Shown in pieces: positions 15,009-27,699 of a stretch of DNA of 64,000 bases (position 1 is its first letter; every line of letters begins with the position of its first letter). The stretch comes from the human T2T-CHM13v2.0 reference genome, Homo sapiens: NCBI RefSeq assembly GCF_009914755.1, contig NC_060936.1. One strand, written 5' to 3'. A model generated the notes under the pieces. It had not been told where the DNA came from and did not search any database. It saw nothing but the letters and a program-made list of their open reading frames with translations. The position numbers and the translations under genes were made by a program.

Positions 15009-18000
15009 TCAGAAGCTGAGGACTTTTAGGACTAGTATTAACCCAGGCTTCAGATAGACCCTAGAAAACAACTTCCACTTAGAACTCCATCAGTCCTAAT
15101 ACTCACTCTCCTAGTAGACTAGACTCCCTGGACTCAGCAGAAATTTCTGGTACATATTGAACGTTAATGCTGAATGCTTAAAAGGAAGGTAAGAGCTAAA
15201 CTATGCAGAAGTATGTGGAAATGCTGATCTAGCCCATGAATCAGACTATAGAAAGCCCTGAAAGACTGGCAAAGCACAGGGAATCATCAGCTTAATCCAT
15301 ACAAAGAGAATCTCAAATAATTTTGTATTGCACATAAGGATATTTGTCTTCTCTCAAACGTTAATTCATTAAAACTATTTGGATAGTAACAGTAATAAAC
15401 AAATAATTTTTCTAAATTAATAGCAGTTGACTATTATACAATAAGTCCTTACAAAAAGACACAGGTCAATCTGTTTATAGAAAATTTCATAAACTTCAGA
15501 AAAGCCTTATTCTAACATCTACACTTCAGAAAAGAATAAATCACATGGAATTCTTCAACTCAGTAAATGTCAGTAGTCAAAATACTTGTAGACATCTTAA
15601 ATGTTCTGATTTTCTGAGGGTTTTAACAAACTTTGCCTTGTGTTCTGACATCAGCACATTGGTAATAATATATATTCCTGGAGAAATATTTAATTGCACC
15701 AGAGCAAAACAAAGAGAGCCTTTCTAATGAAACGAACCACAAAATAAACATACTTTTTAAATTAAACTGAGAAATTTTGTAGAATGGTTGGATTAAACTA
15801 GCCTTCAATTATATCAGAACTATTAGTTCTGGGATGATTAAATTATAAGTTGTCAACATTTCCTTTTAACTCCCTACATTTAGTAATTAATAATTTGATG
15901 AGAAAATTTTACTTTCAGCTAAGGCTAAAATATGGAATGGATATAAGTTAATTATGAAACTAGCAATAACAACCTCAACTAAGACACAGAGAGCCAAATA
16001 TAATTATGCAGGAATTAAGTTTTTATAGCTTTTTCAAAGGTGTCTATTTCAGATTTGCATTGGTTAATTTTAGGTTGTTAGTTACCTGATATAGGCTGTT
16101 TTCATGTGTCATTCCTATAAAATCAAGTTCAATATAATTTCAGAAATAAAATTTGTATATTTCCTTTAGTAGTTTGTGCATAGAACTCATGAGTTACAGA
16201 GGAAAAATGTATTACCTATACAGTGATTTTAGAAAGAGACATATTAATTTGTTATTTCAAAGTCAAACTGATGAGCTGTATATTTGATGAACAAATTGGC
16301 TCTGAAGCTTTTGTTTAAGAAAATAACACTAACATTTTAAGAAGTCAATTGATATTTGGAACAGATTACTATTATTTTTAAAGCAGACCAATTTTAAACT
16401 TTGAATTACAGAATTATTTTAAATTTGTGGCTTTCTAGGAAATATATATTTTTAATTCTTGTGAATATATGAACAAATTAAATATTCTCCTAGGGAACAA
16501 TTAGAGTATTAACTACAGGTTTTAAACTTGTTTTAATAAGAATTTAGATCAAATATTGAATAACAGAATAATAGAACTATGCCCAAGACAAGGAAAATTA
16601 TTTTTCAACTTCTCTTCTTTAATGGCACCATGATAGAGAATCTTATAGTATTATCAAGTACTGCCTTATAAAAATATTAACTGTCTTATGATAATATTTC
16701 ACTGTCTTACAGTATTATTAAGAGAGCAACTTAAATATCGAAATCTTATGGATTTCAAAATTAATTTTTTTTGACATCCAAGTATGATATGTAGTGAAAT
16801 TTTGTAGTTATGTTTAAAGTAAGGCCACTATAAGTTCTCAAATTATAGAGTTAATTCAGACAATTGAGTAAGCTGCCCCAAATCCTCATTTCCATATATG
16901 GAAATGAGATATAAATGGAGTTTGGGCCCTCTTCCCAAGGTTTCCCCAGTGTTTTTTTGATCATGTAGTTCAACTACTTAGCAATTTGGGGGATTAATTA
17001 AAGATAGTAAAGAAAAAGCTACAGGAAGATATTATAAAATATCCCATGCTAAAAAGATTATGTGGTTTAGGCTTGACAAATGTGAAGTGACATCTGCTGG
17101 GCCCTTTTGTAGAAAGGGATAAAGGAATTGGTTCATCAAGAAAAAAAAGGATTCTTACCAGGAACCAGTGAGAGAAACAACACATCTTCTAAAAAGGAGC
17201 AGGGCTAAGCAAATGATTCACAAGGCTAAGCTCACAGTAGATGAAAGGCCATGATTTTTAATTCATTTTCTGTAGACCACAGATAAGGAATCCTCTAGAT
17301 CAAAGCCTGGCAACACAATGGATACTAGCAAAATGCAACTAGGTCTAAAAACAGCTGTCAAGGGTTTAATGTGCACAAATGAAATACTTTGGCTGTACTG
17401 GATGATCTTTAAAGACTTTCATAGTTCTATTGTTGTATAATATTATACTATAAAATATGAACTAAAAGGACATGTATATCTTCGAGTTGGTACTTTCTAA
17501 TGTGGAAAAAAAAAAGTACCTCACCTAGCAATGAAAAACTGGGTTACGGCAAATGGTTGAGGTATAAGTATTTTAAGTTGAACAAGAATTTTCAATGCTG
17601 TATCATTTTCAGGGAAGATTCCATGAGTTTTAATGTTTAAAGTTGATAATTTTGGGAGAAAATATACACTATTTTATTAATTGGGTCATGAGTTTATTAA
17701 AGGTTATTGACTAAATTTCAAATATCAGGCTCATATCTTCAAAATACTTTCCTCATTGTGTTCTAATTGTCTTCCCATATGTGTAGCAAGTAATTAATAG
17801 GGTCACACAGGAGAGAATAGATTTATAACTTTGTTTGGTGAAGACTCATTTAAGTGATCTTCTATAGTGATGAAAGTGTTGGGTCTATGGGTTCCATTAT
17901 TCCAAGTAGAAGATAAGTAACTTTAAAGAGATAGATCTTTCTTGTTTTGTAAAGACTCACATCACCTCTCTTAGGTATATAGATGTTCAGCTAGGAATGC

Positions 18001-18254
18001 CATTTTTGTTTTGACAAATTTTTTGAAAAACTCTCACTCAAGTGTAGAAAAATTTGGTCACCTGAGAAGATCTGGCCTGCAAGGAGGTCCTGAGGACACC
18101 TTTACAACTAGAGCATTCCTGGACAATATTTTGGAGGAACTGGAGTCTTGGAGTGGGATAGGCTGTACCTTTGGAATTCCTGCATGAAAAGGTTTGAACA
18201 CTGCAACCTGGGGACTGCTGAAGAAGGGTTTTTACAGTGCCTGAGAGGCAGAGT

Positions 18255-18574
18255 AAGAGTTACAAACTCATAAGTCTACAGATGCTAGACAGATGTATTA
18301 CCCGAGGAATGGGCACTGGAGGGCTTGCCTCACCTTAAAGGGACAGTTGCTTCATGGCTCCCATTCATGACATGGATTTTTGCCATGAATAAATGTTTTG
18401 TCTAGAATTGCCAGACTTTCTGATTTTTCAAGACAACAGAGAAATCCAAATTTTCATGCAAAAACTTTTTAAGTGTAGCCAATGAATTTAAGATTTTATT
18501 AAAACACTGTGAGGATTATACAAAACAAATCTAGCAGGGTGGATTCAGCTCAGAGTGGTTTGCATGCAATCTCC
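18255..18574 (-). mobile_element. MER102-like hAT-Charlie element
   Basis: TTGCCAGACTTTCTGATTTTTCAAGA...GAAATCCAAATTTTCATG...AAACACTGTG...CAAAACAAATCT is antisense to the MER102 consensus as I remember it. Confidence 0.65.
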
Positions 18575-19517
18575 AGTATAAAGGACACACAACTAGAATG
18601 TAAGCTCCTGGAGGGAAGGACCTTGTCTTCAATACCCCTGCTAATATCTGATACCATAGCAGGTGTTTAATATGGAGTATCAATTCACATGTAAGTATTT
18701 TTATGTATGACATATTGACACCTCTAAGTTGTTCACTGGTAGGAGACTTGCAGAAGAGTGCTTGGCAGAAGAAAGCCTCTGGTTTCAATTTTCAGAGCCC
18801 ACAGGAGCCTACATTTTGTTTACCTACTTGGGATCTTGGATTCAGGTTCAAGTTCCCTCCCTCAGCCAGAGTTTCCTTCTTACCCCATCTCTGTTCTTAC
18901 CTTATCAACTTCATTCATACTCTCCCCACAGTTGTGGGAGGTGATGGATTATAGGGTTTTTGGATGACAAATTAGGGAGCCTGGAGAGGAGGAAGTCACA
19001 TGCATTGGGTGAATCCCTTCCTTAGCTTTCATCAGATTCTAAATTACAGCTAAAAAATATTTCTCAAATGCTATTCCAGCTAAGTAGTCCATGCTTATAA
19101 GTCTGAGCATCAAGTGTTACTTGACCATCTAGAAAAAGTGGAAAAAGTGAGCAGCAGAAAAAAGTGAGCAGGGAAATACCTGGCCAACATCTTACATGGG
19201 ATCTGTGAACATTCCACTCATATACTGTTATATCCTGTCCAAAGGAGGCTAAGCTTGCACGAACCATAATTAAGAATTTTGTTTTCTGGCTCGCTGGAAG
19301 TGGACTTCACCTTTAATATATGACTATTGATAAAATTCTCAAATACATTTCCCATTAAATAAGAAGTAAGAATGACGGTAAAGATCACTGCTCATTTAAA
19401 AATTTAGCTGCATTGAGAATTTCCTGTTAGAACAGGATGTAATAAAATGAAAAGGAGAAATCCATTAACTCAAGGTATGGTTATGTCTCTTATCATCTCA
19501 GAAGTCTGTTCTTGGCC

Positions 19518-19823
19518 TTTTTTTTTTTTTTTTTTTTTTTTTTTGAGATGGAGTCTTGCTCTGTCATCAGGCTGGAGTGCAGTGGCACGAGCTCAGCTTA
19601 CTGCAACCTCTGACTCCCAGGTTCAAGCAATTCTTCTGCCTCAGCCTCCTGAGTAGCTTGGGGCTACAGGCGCATGCCACCATGCCCAACTAATTTTTGT
19701 ATTTTTAGTAGAGACGGGGTTTCACCATGTTAGCCAGATGGTCTCGATCTCTCGACCTCATGATCCACCTGCCTCAGCCTCCCAAAGTGCTGGGATTACA
19801 GGCTTGAGCCACCGCACCCGGCC
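19518..19823 (-). mobile_element. AluS (Sc-like)
   Basis: Long T tail and complete dimer; GCCTTTT flanks both ends. Confidence 0.95.
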
Positions 19824-20235
19824 CAGCCTTTTTTTTTAACCTATTACACTATGCACTCCCCCTAAGTCATATTCTTCACTATTTTGGCTTCGTCGTTATC
19901 TGTACACTCATGACAACCAAATATTTCAGCCTCCATGCCATAGACCAAACACTTACCAGATCACTCTTCACGCACCACCTATTCACATGGCTCACCTTTG
20001 TTCATTCTTCAGAATACCGTTTATTAACACTTTCTCTGAAGGAAACTTCTCTGACCTTCTAAGACCAGTTGCATTTTGCCCTTTATTTGCTCCTATCAGA
20101 GAATTTATCCCATCATGTGTTTATTTAATCAGTCAATAATTGAGTGCTAGCTGCTTGGGATATAAAAAGAAGTAAATACAGGCAAATTCTGAGCATGTTG
20201 TAGATGCTCAATAAATATTGAGCATATTGATGTTA

Positions 20236-20629
<394 letters not shown>

Positions 20630-20955
20630 TCATCTATAGACCACCTTCTGAGCTCAACCCCAGATCTACTGAATTAGAATTTCTGTCAGTAAAATATGAA
20701 GACACGTATTTTTAGAAGCTCCTCCAAATGGTGTTTAATTACCCTGATATTTGAGAGTCATTTGTCTAAGCCAAGACAATGGCAATGTCAGGCATTTGAT
20801 TTGAATCATGAACTTAGCCAATAGCAGGAAATCCAGATAGAAAACAGGTTCAGTTACCTCACAAAGGTTGAGAAGGATATCACCAGAGTCCCAACTACGT
20901 GTGCTGCAGATTCATGGCAGAGTCCAATATAAAACAGTGAAATGACAAGCTGTGA

Positions 20956-21795
20956 TGAACCATAGAAATGGTCCCTAACTTCATAGACAAATAAAGAAGC
21001 AGAGTAACTTCATTTATGAGGCTGTGCTCTCTGCCACTCTGCAATGCTTATTCAATAGAGCTGTTTTCCTTATGGAAATCTAAAAGTTTTGCCTCCTAGA
21101 ATGCTAACCATTTGATAAATATTATTACACAATTACAAATTACTTCCAGAAACATGGTAATGGTTTGTGATGTCCTAAATGACCTTGTGGCCCTCAGAAA
21201 GATAACTTGATACCTATTCTCCGAGACTGGATATTCTAGAGTCCTAGAACGTTAGTCACTCTTTAAAGGCCAGAGAAGATAGAAGAGTAGGTTAAAATTA
21301 GATCAAATGGCCAGTAGTGTCAGAGGCATTTGAACCAGAGTAACTCCATGTTGAATAGGGATGGGATAAAATGAGTCTGAGACCTACTGGGCTGTATTCC
21401 CACATGGTTAAGGCATTCTAAGTCACAGGATAAGACAGGAGGTCAACACAAGATATAGGTCATAAAAAATCTTGCTGATAAAACAGGCTGCAGTAAAGAA
21501 GCCAGCTGAAACCCACCAAAACCAAGATGGCCATGAGAGTGACCTCTGGTTGTCCTCACTGCCACATTCCCACCAGCACATGACAGTTTACAAATGCCAT
21601 GGCAACGTCATGAAGTTACCCTATATGGTCTAAAAAGGGAGGCATGAATAATCCACCCTTTTTTTTTTTACCTTATTACCAAGAAATAACCATAAAAATG
21701 GGCAACCAGCAGCCCTTGGGGCTGCTTTGTCTATGGAGTAGCCATTCTTTTATTCCTTTACTTTCTTAATAAACTTGCTTTCACTTAAAAAAAAA
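20956..21795 (+). pseudogene. L1-mediated retrocopy of an unidentified RNA 3' end that terminates in a MER41A LTR
   Basis: Perfect 16-bp TSD AAATGACAAGCTGTGA at 20940-20955 and 21793-21808; AATAAA at 21768-21773; A9 tail at 21787-21795; the LTR lacks U5. Confidence 0.88.
21318..21786 (+). mobile_element. MER41A LTR (ERV1), U3-R only
   Basis: Starts TGTCAGAGGCATTTGAACCAGAGTAACTCCAT; contains ACCAAAACCAAGATGGCC and CCATGGCAACGTCA; stops at AATAAACTTGCTTTCACTT. Confidence 0.92.
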
Positions 21796-22586
21796 TGACA
21801 AGCTGTGACTGCACTCATTAACAGTGAATATCTACTGAGGTTATACAATAGTACAGGCTCTAGACTGAATGATTTATATAAACTATGTGCACTTAAACTT
21901 CACAACAACCCCATAACATTACATTTTTATTATCCCCAAATAACAGTTAAGAAAACTGAGGCACAGAATCATTCACTAAACTACCAAAGGACTGTACAAT
22001 TAGCAATGTAGAGTTTATATAAATCCAGGCATTCTTCCTCCAGCTGCAATCAGGGAGAACTTTCCACTTGTACAGTAAGCTCTGCCAGGCAAAGTAAAAA
22101 CCGACAAACTAGGAGACTATCGTGGAACAGTAGAATCTCCTGGCCATGCTTCCATTACTGGACAGTGACCCGTTGAAGCTCAACTTTCAGAACTGAGAAG
22201 GGTGGATGAGCTTGAAAAGTGTCTGGCTTATGGAAACCTCACATGGCTTCCCATAGTGGGCCCTCTTTGGAGACGTCACCCTTTCACTGCCCAACATTGG
22301 TTCTCAATGACCTCAGTGTGGCAGGTATCCAAAAGCTGGCTCCTCCAGGGTCCTTACCACTAAACAGTTCTCTGAAGTAGAAAATCAGCTCCCCACCAAA
22401 GGAAGATTGTTTGCAGCCTTTTGCTGCTGAGGTTCTTCATCCAGCTTAGGTATCAGCAACACAGGCCAAGACCAGCTCTCCTCTGTGAGAAACTCACATA
22501 TTCTTGCCAAGCCAAAAAGTGAGAGTGAGGGCATCATGCTGCTGTGAGCCTCACATCTCTCTCCAATTCTTCCCTCCCCTGTTCAG

Positions 22587-22680
22587 GTAGTGCAGACCCA
22601 AATCAGCAAAACTGCTGATGAGCTGATTTCCTACTGGGGAACAAGCTTCCCACCTCCCTTTGCTGCATCCTTAACCTTGT
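22587..22680 (+). other. Candidate internal exon, 94 nt (host transcript unknown)
   Basis: Long polypyrimidine tract TCTCTCTCCAATTCTTCCCTCCCCTGTTCAG| and consensus donor |GTAAGT at 22681; one open frame, VVQTQISKTADELISYWGTSFPPPFAASLTL, which I do not recognise. Confidence 0.5.
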
Positions 22681-23357
22681 GTAAGTGATTATCTTAAAAC
22701 AACCCTCCTTGATACTGAGGATTACAAACAGCTCCCTCCCTCTCGCCTCTCTGCATGGACACTACTATCTCCAAAAGACTGATGATGACCCTTCTTTCAC
22801 TTGGGTTTGAGGAAGAGGGGGTGAAAGTGGTTGTTGGTGACAGGGTTAGCTATGTAATTAATTAAGATCTGCAGGAAGATAGCTAAATTAATTTCTGGAA
22901 GCTCCTTCAATGTAGAATATACAGAGCTTAGAAACTTTTGTTTCATATCTTAGAAACTTTTGTTTCAGTTTTTCACCTTAGCAGAAATTTGAGGAAAACA
23001 GGAAAAACATCACTTGGCTTTCTGTTACAAGAGTTTATCTTATAAAAAAAAAATACCTCTTCATCTTATCCCATTCTTCATCAATCCATAGGCATCTGGA
23101 ATTTTATGGTGATAAAGTAAACTGTACAGTCAGTATTTTATTCCCATCTGTTTTTTCACTTTATTTCCCAAGTATCAATCCAACTATGATGATAGACATG
23201 TGTTACTGGAGAAAAGTTGAACCAAATCTATTACTGCCATGGAATATCTCTAATTCAGAATATCTCTAATTCTGTGAGTTTAAGTAATTGGCCACTTGCT
23301 TGGATTATCTTCACTCTTACTGAACATCAGGGAGAATAAATGAAACCAAAGATGGAT

Positions 23358-23745
23358 TGTTATGGACATTTAGGTCCCTCTTCAAGGAGGAAGGGCTTAT
23401 TTCCCATCTGCTGGAAATATGGCCTGAAAACAGCCCTCAATTATCAGCCTTCTTTAGCTGGAATGTCATGGCTCCAGAAAATTGCCTCCCCCAAAGTTTC
23501 ATCTCCTTCCAAGATCAGATCATATCCAATAATTAATTTACATGGGGTATAACAGCCAGCCCCAGCCACAACTCAGAATAATTGGAATGACCCTCTTAGA
23601 TCCAGAGCTCCCCATGTGTTGGCTGAGACCTTCACTGGGATCACATCACAGCTCCACTTCTCCCTATGCCCAATCTTGCTTCCATCACGTCCCTTCCAAG
23701 AATACTTCCTAATAAACATTCCACATGGGTTCCTGGGGTACCTGA
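23358..23745. mobile_element. Old ERVL LTR (LTR16/LTR33/LTR41 group)
   Basis: CAGCTCCACTTCTCCCTATGCCCAATCTTGCTTCC...CCTAATAAACAT motifs; family not resolved. Confidence 0.5.
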
Positions 23746-25236
23746 GATATAGGCAGAGGTCAGAATCACAGCATTTCACCAGTTTCATTTTTTTTTTCAT
23801 TTAAATTATGGAGAAAATATTATTTAAGGAAATATTTCATTGTGTAAGATAAGATTACAATTCTAGAAGTTAATTTTAGAGTCTGAAGAATATTTGGTTT
23901 AGATTTAAACAGTCTCAAAGAGAATTATGGAAAGTGGAATAATGATAGTATTCTGTATGATTTCTATAATTTATTGTTTTTATGAAAATATTTGTGCAAT
24001 TTTTAAAAAGAAGATACTACATAGATGTATTCAATCAAATAAATTAGGGGATTATTTACTGGCATGAAAACCAGAAGAGCATCTAATGCTGGCTCAGAAG
24101 AGAGAACCGATATGGTAAAGAGAGTTGCAGCGTTATACTAAGGCCAAGATCCATATACAAAACCCTAGGAAGATCACTATCTGTCTACTCAATGTCTCTT
24201 TTATGAATTTTTTTCCAGTCCAGCTCTTTGGTAGATGGCAGGCTTTATACAGAAGAGGAGTCTGGCACTAAACAAATTCTGTGTTCCTTCAAAAGTTCTC
24301 TACTTTACAACCTTTCTTCTCCAGTGATGGGTTCTACTTTCCTTCTGTTCCAGTGCAGAGTCATGAAATTCAACCTCTATTTTGCCGCAAAGTGGACAAC
24401 TCAATACACCATGCCGTAATGAGCATTTTGAATATAACTGATTTTCAAGTAGATGAACTCTACTTAGTTCCTTTTAAATATTTTTCTCTAATTTTATCAA
24501 ACACACAGTTGGAAAACCTTACAGATATATTGGAATAACTTCTTTTTCTAGCAGCATTTTGCAGAAGTTATCTAGGGAGTAAAACATGCTGTATTAACAC
24601 TTCTCTATCCATCAGAAGTTTTCATTAATTCTGACCAAATAGATCAAATAAAGCTATTTCAGTGGCATGATGAAAGAGTAATTCTAATTAAAGGCATTGG
24701 AATAACAATACATAGGTTGAACCTTCAGAGACTACATTATAAATCTGGCCTTATACCATAGAGCAATTTTGCCCAATATCCCAAGAAAAGGAAGGAATTT
24801 GCCGAGCTTACCTATTTATTTCCAATCATTTGTAATGTTTAAAATAGACTTATAATTGTCCATACTTTTGAATTTATTTTTAATAAGAGTTATAGGAAAA
24901 ACTTTTAATTAAGCGACTGAAATATAATTTTCTGAAATATCTCAAGTATGTTCTTGGATCCTGGAGGTTTACATGGCCTTGATCATGGCATTTTCTTCAG
25001 GCACTGCCTAGAAATACTTTCTCTGAAGGGAATTGAACCCAACTGTCTACTAATTGTGTTTAAATTAATTTATTTATTTTTGGAATCAGTTTTCCACATT
25101 TTAAAAAATTCATAGCTCCCACAAACACATAAATAACTTCATGTAATGTGAAATTTTGGTTGTAATACACATGTTAAGATGCAAAATAGTCTTATCCTTA
25201 AGATTTTGATTTTATCAATTTAATATTAATTTTAAT

Positions 25237-25651
25237 TTTAATGATAATTGTGCACTTTTTAACGAAAATAGTCTTATTAAAATATGTTATGAACATATAT
25301 GATCTTATACTTTGGATTTAGAGCAGTAAAGCCATGGTTTTATTAAAATATGGTGAGTATATTGAACTCACTTGCACTATTTGCATACTTGTAATATTTG
25401 TGGATTACTAATTTCAAAATAAATCAAATAGTTGGTTATGCAACTTAAAAGATAGATAATAACAAAGAAATAACAAAATGGAATCCACAATGGAGTTAAA
25501 TTTACCAAGTGATTTTACTTATATTGGATACACCATCCCTTAAAAGAGAAAAGAACTAACGTGTCAAGTAGAAAACATGCATTTCACTACATAGTAGCTC
25601 TCTGAACATGGGCAACTTATCTAAATTCTAAACTTCAGCTTCTTTAAATAG
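25237..25651 (+). repeat. Left arm (probable donor) of a 415-bp inverted repeat
   Basis: Reverse complement of 27216-27630; manual alignment gives 14 substitutions and no indels. Confidence 0.97.
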
Positions 25652-26572
25652 AGGTGATAATTCACAATGTGATTGTAAGAATAATTGAGGTAACATAAGT
25701 AAAGTGCTTATAGCACATATAAAGTCCCTCGCATATAGGAAGGATACAAAAAATCATAACGATCATTAATATTTGCTATCAACGCATCTGCATTTCTGTT
25801 TCTATCACTAGCTATGAGTCCTGGGCAAGTCATCAAGATCCTCTGACTTACATTTTCCTTGTGAGTAATATAGGGCATTAATAGGACTTGAATGGTCTTC
25901 TGTACAAGCTGTTTTGAGGATTAAATGAGATAGTATATGTGAAGGTGAAATGTCCATCATTATAGTCCTAACTTTTCAGATGAGGAAACTAAAGGCTAAT
26001 AGCTGAAAGCAAACTATTCAAGGTCAGGTTACTAGCAAGTAGCTGAGCCAGGGTTTAAAAACCAAACCTTCAATTCCTGAACCCACGACTCATTTCATCT
26101 TATCACACAGCTGCCTCTAGTAAAGTTTTTAAGAACTTCCTTTGCATGGTCCAGGATTAGTCCCAGGGCATGGGATAGGATTAAGTTTTTAAAAGAAGCA
26201 AAAGAACCTCAGCTGCTAGGGTGAAAGGTCATGGGAGTGGAGAACTATAACACCAACCATACTATTTCTAATAATAGGCCTCCCTGACTACTGAATTCAG
26301 TAGTATTGCTGAAGTCAATCTTTGACTTTTCCTTCATCACCCACAGCTACTTTTGCAAGTCTCACTCTTTCTTCCCTTAAAATATTTCCATTATCCACAA
26401 TTTTCTCCCCATTTTCACTGCTAACACTCCAGCGCAGCCTTTATTGCTGTGTGCCTGGTACAGCAAATAACCTTAGGCTGTTATCTCCTCCCTCTACCAA
26501 TTACCCTCAACAATACTGCTAGATGGCTCTCCCAGAGATATCACTTTTCAGATTTACGATGCCTGGGATTAT

Positions 26573-26778
26573 CCACTGGTGTGCTGGACCTGGCTCTCAC
26601 CAGCTGGAGAAAGTGGATTGTGCACATGTCTTCTCAATCACTGCCTTCAGGGAAGTCATGTTGATAACTTTAAATTGTCCATTGTGGGTGCATTTATACC
26701 ATAGACATCAGCAAACACTATGAATCAGGGCATATTTTCCCCCAGGGGCTTATTGTTAAACATTTAGCAGCACCGATT
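26573..26778 (+). mobile_element. MER63A hAT-Blackjack MITE
   Basis: CACTGGTGTGCTGG...GATTGTGCACAT...GCAAACACTATGAATCAGGGC...TTGTTAAACATTTAGCAGCAC with degenerate terminal inverted repeats. Confidence 0.8.
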
Positions 26779-27005
26779 ACATCTGACATAGTCACTACTT
26801 ACAGGTACTATACACAGCATCTGACACACAGTAGTACTCAATATACATTTGCTCAATAAATTACAGATGTTCGCCCCCTCATAAATCTGTATGTCTTGTC
26901 TGCACAATTCATAGTCCAACTCTACTGCCTAGCTTTCTAGACTTGCCTCATTTGGTCCTCCACTAGGAAGTCAATGTTTTTATTCTTTTATAAGACTGAG
27001 TTCTG

Positions 27006-27699
27006 GGCTGGGCATGGTGGTTCACACCTGTAATTCCAGCATTTTGGGAGGCCGAGGCAGGCGGATCACTTGAGGCCAGGGGTTCAAGACCGCCCTGGCC
27101 AACGTGACGAGACCCTGTCTCTCAGGTGCAGTAGCACATGCCTGTAATCCAGCTACTTGGGAGTCTGAGGCACAAGAATCGCTTGAACCCAGGAGGCAGA
27201 GGTTGCAATGAACCCCTATTTAAAGAAGCTGAAGTTTAGAATTTAGGTAAGTTGCCCATGTTCAGAGAGCTACTATGTAGTGAAATGCATGTTTTCTACT
27301 TGACACATTAGTTCTTTTCTCTTTTAAGGGATGGTGTATCCAATATAAGTAAAATCACTTGGTAAACTTAACTCCATTGTGGATTCCATTGTGTTATTTC
27401 TTTGTTATTATCTATCTTTTAAGTTGCATAACCAACTATTTGATTTATTTTGAAATTAATAATCCACAAATATTACAAGTATGCAAATAGTGCAAGTGAG
27501 TTCAATGTGCTCATCATATTTTAATAAAACCATGGCTTTGCTGCTCTAAAACCAAAGTATAAGATCATATCTGTTCATAACATATTTTAATAAAACTATT
27601 TTCATTAAAAAGTGCACAATTAGCATTAAACCATATTGATGGCACCACCGCACTCCAGCCTGGGTGACAGAGCAAGACTCTCTTTAAAAAAATTAAAAA
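27006..27699 (+). mobile_element. Alu (J or old S) with a deleted linker and a 415-bp insertion in the right arm
   Basis: Alu sequence 27006-27214 resumes at ~27638 (GATGGCACCACCGCACTCCAGCCTGGG); TSD ATAAGACTGA(G/A)TTC at 26990-27003 and 27699-27712. Confidence 0.95.
27216..27630 (-). repeat. Right arm of the 415-bp inverted repeat (copy inside the Alu)
   Basis: CTATTTAAAGAAGCTGAAGTTTAGAATTTAG...AAGTGCACAATTAGCATTAAA is the reverse complement of 25237-25651. Confidence 0.97.
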
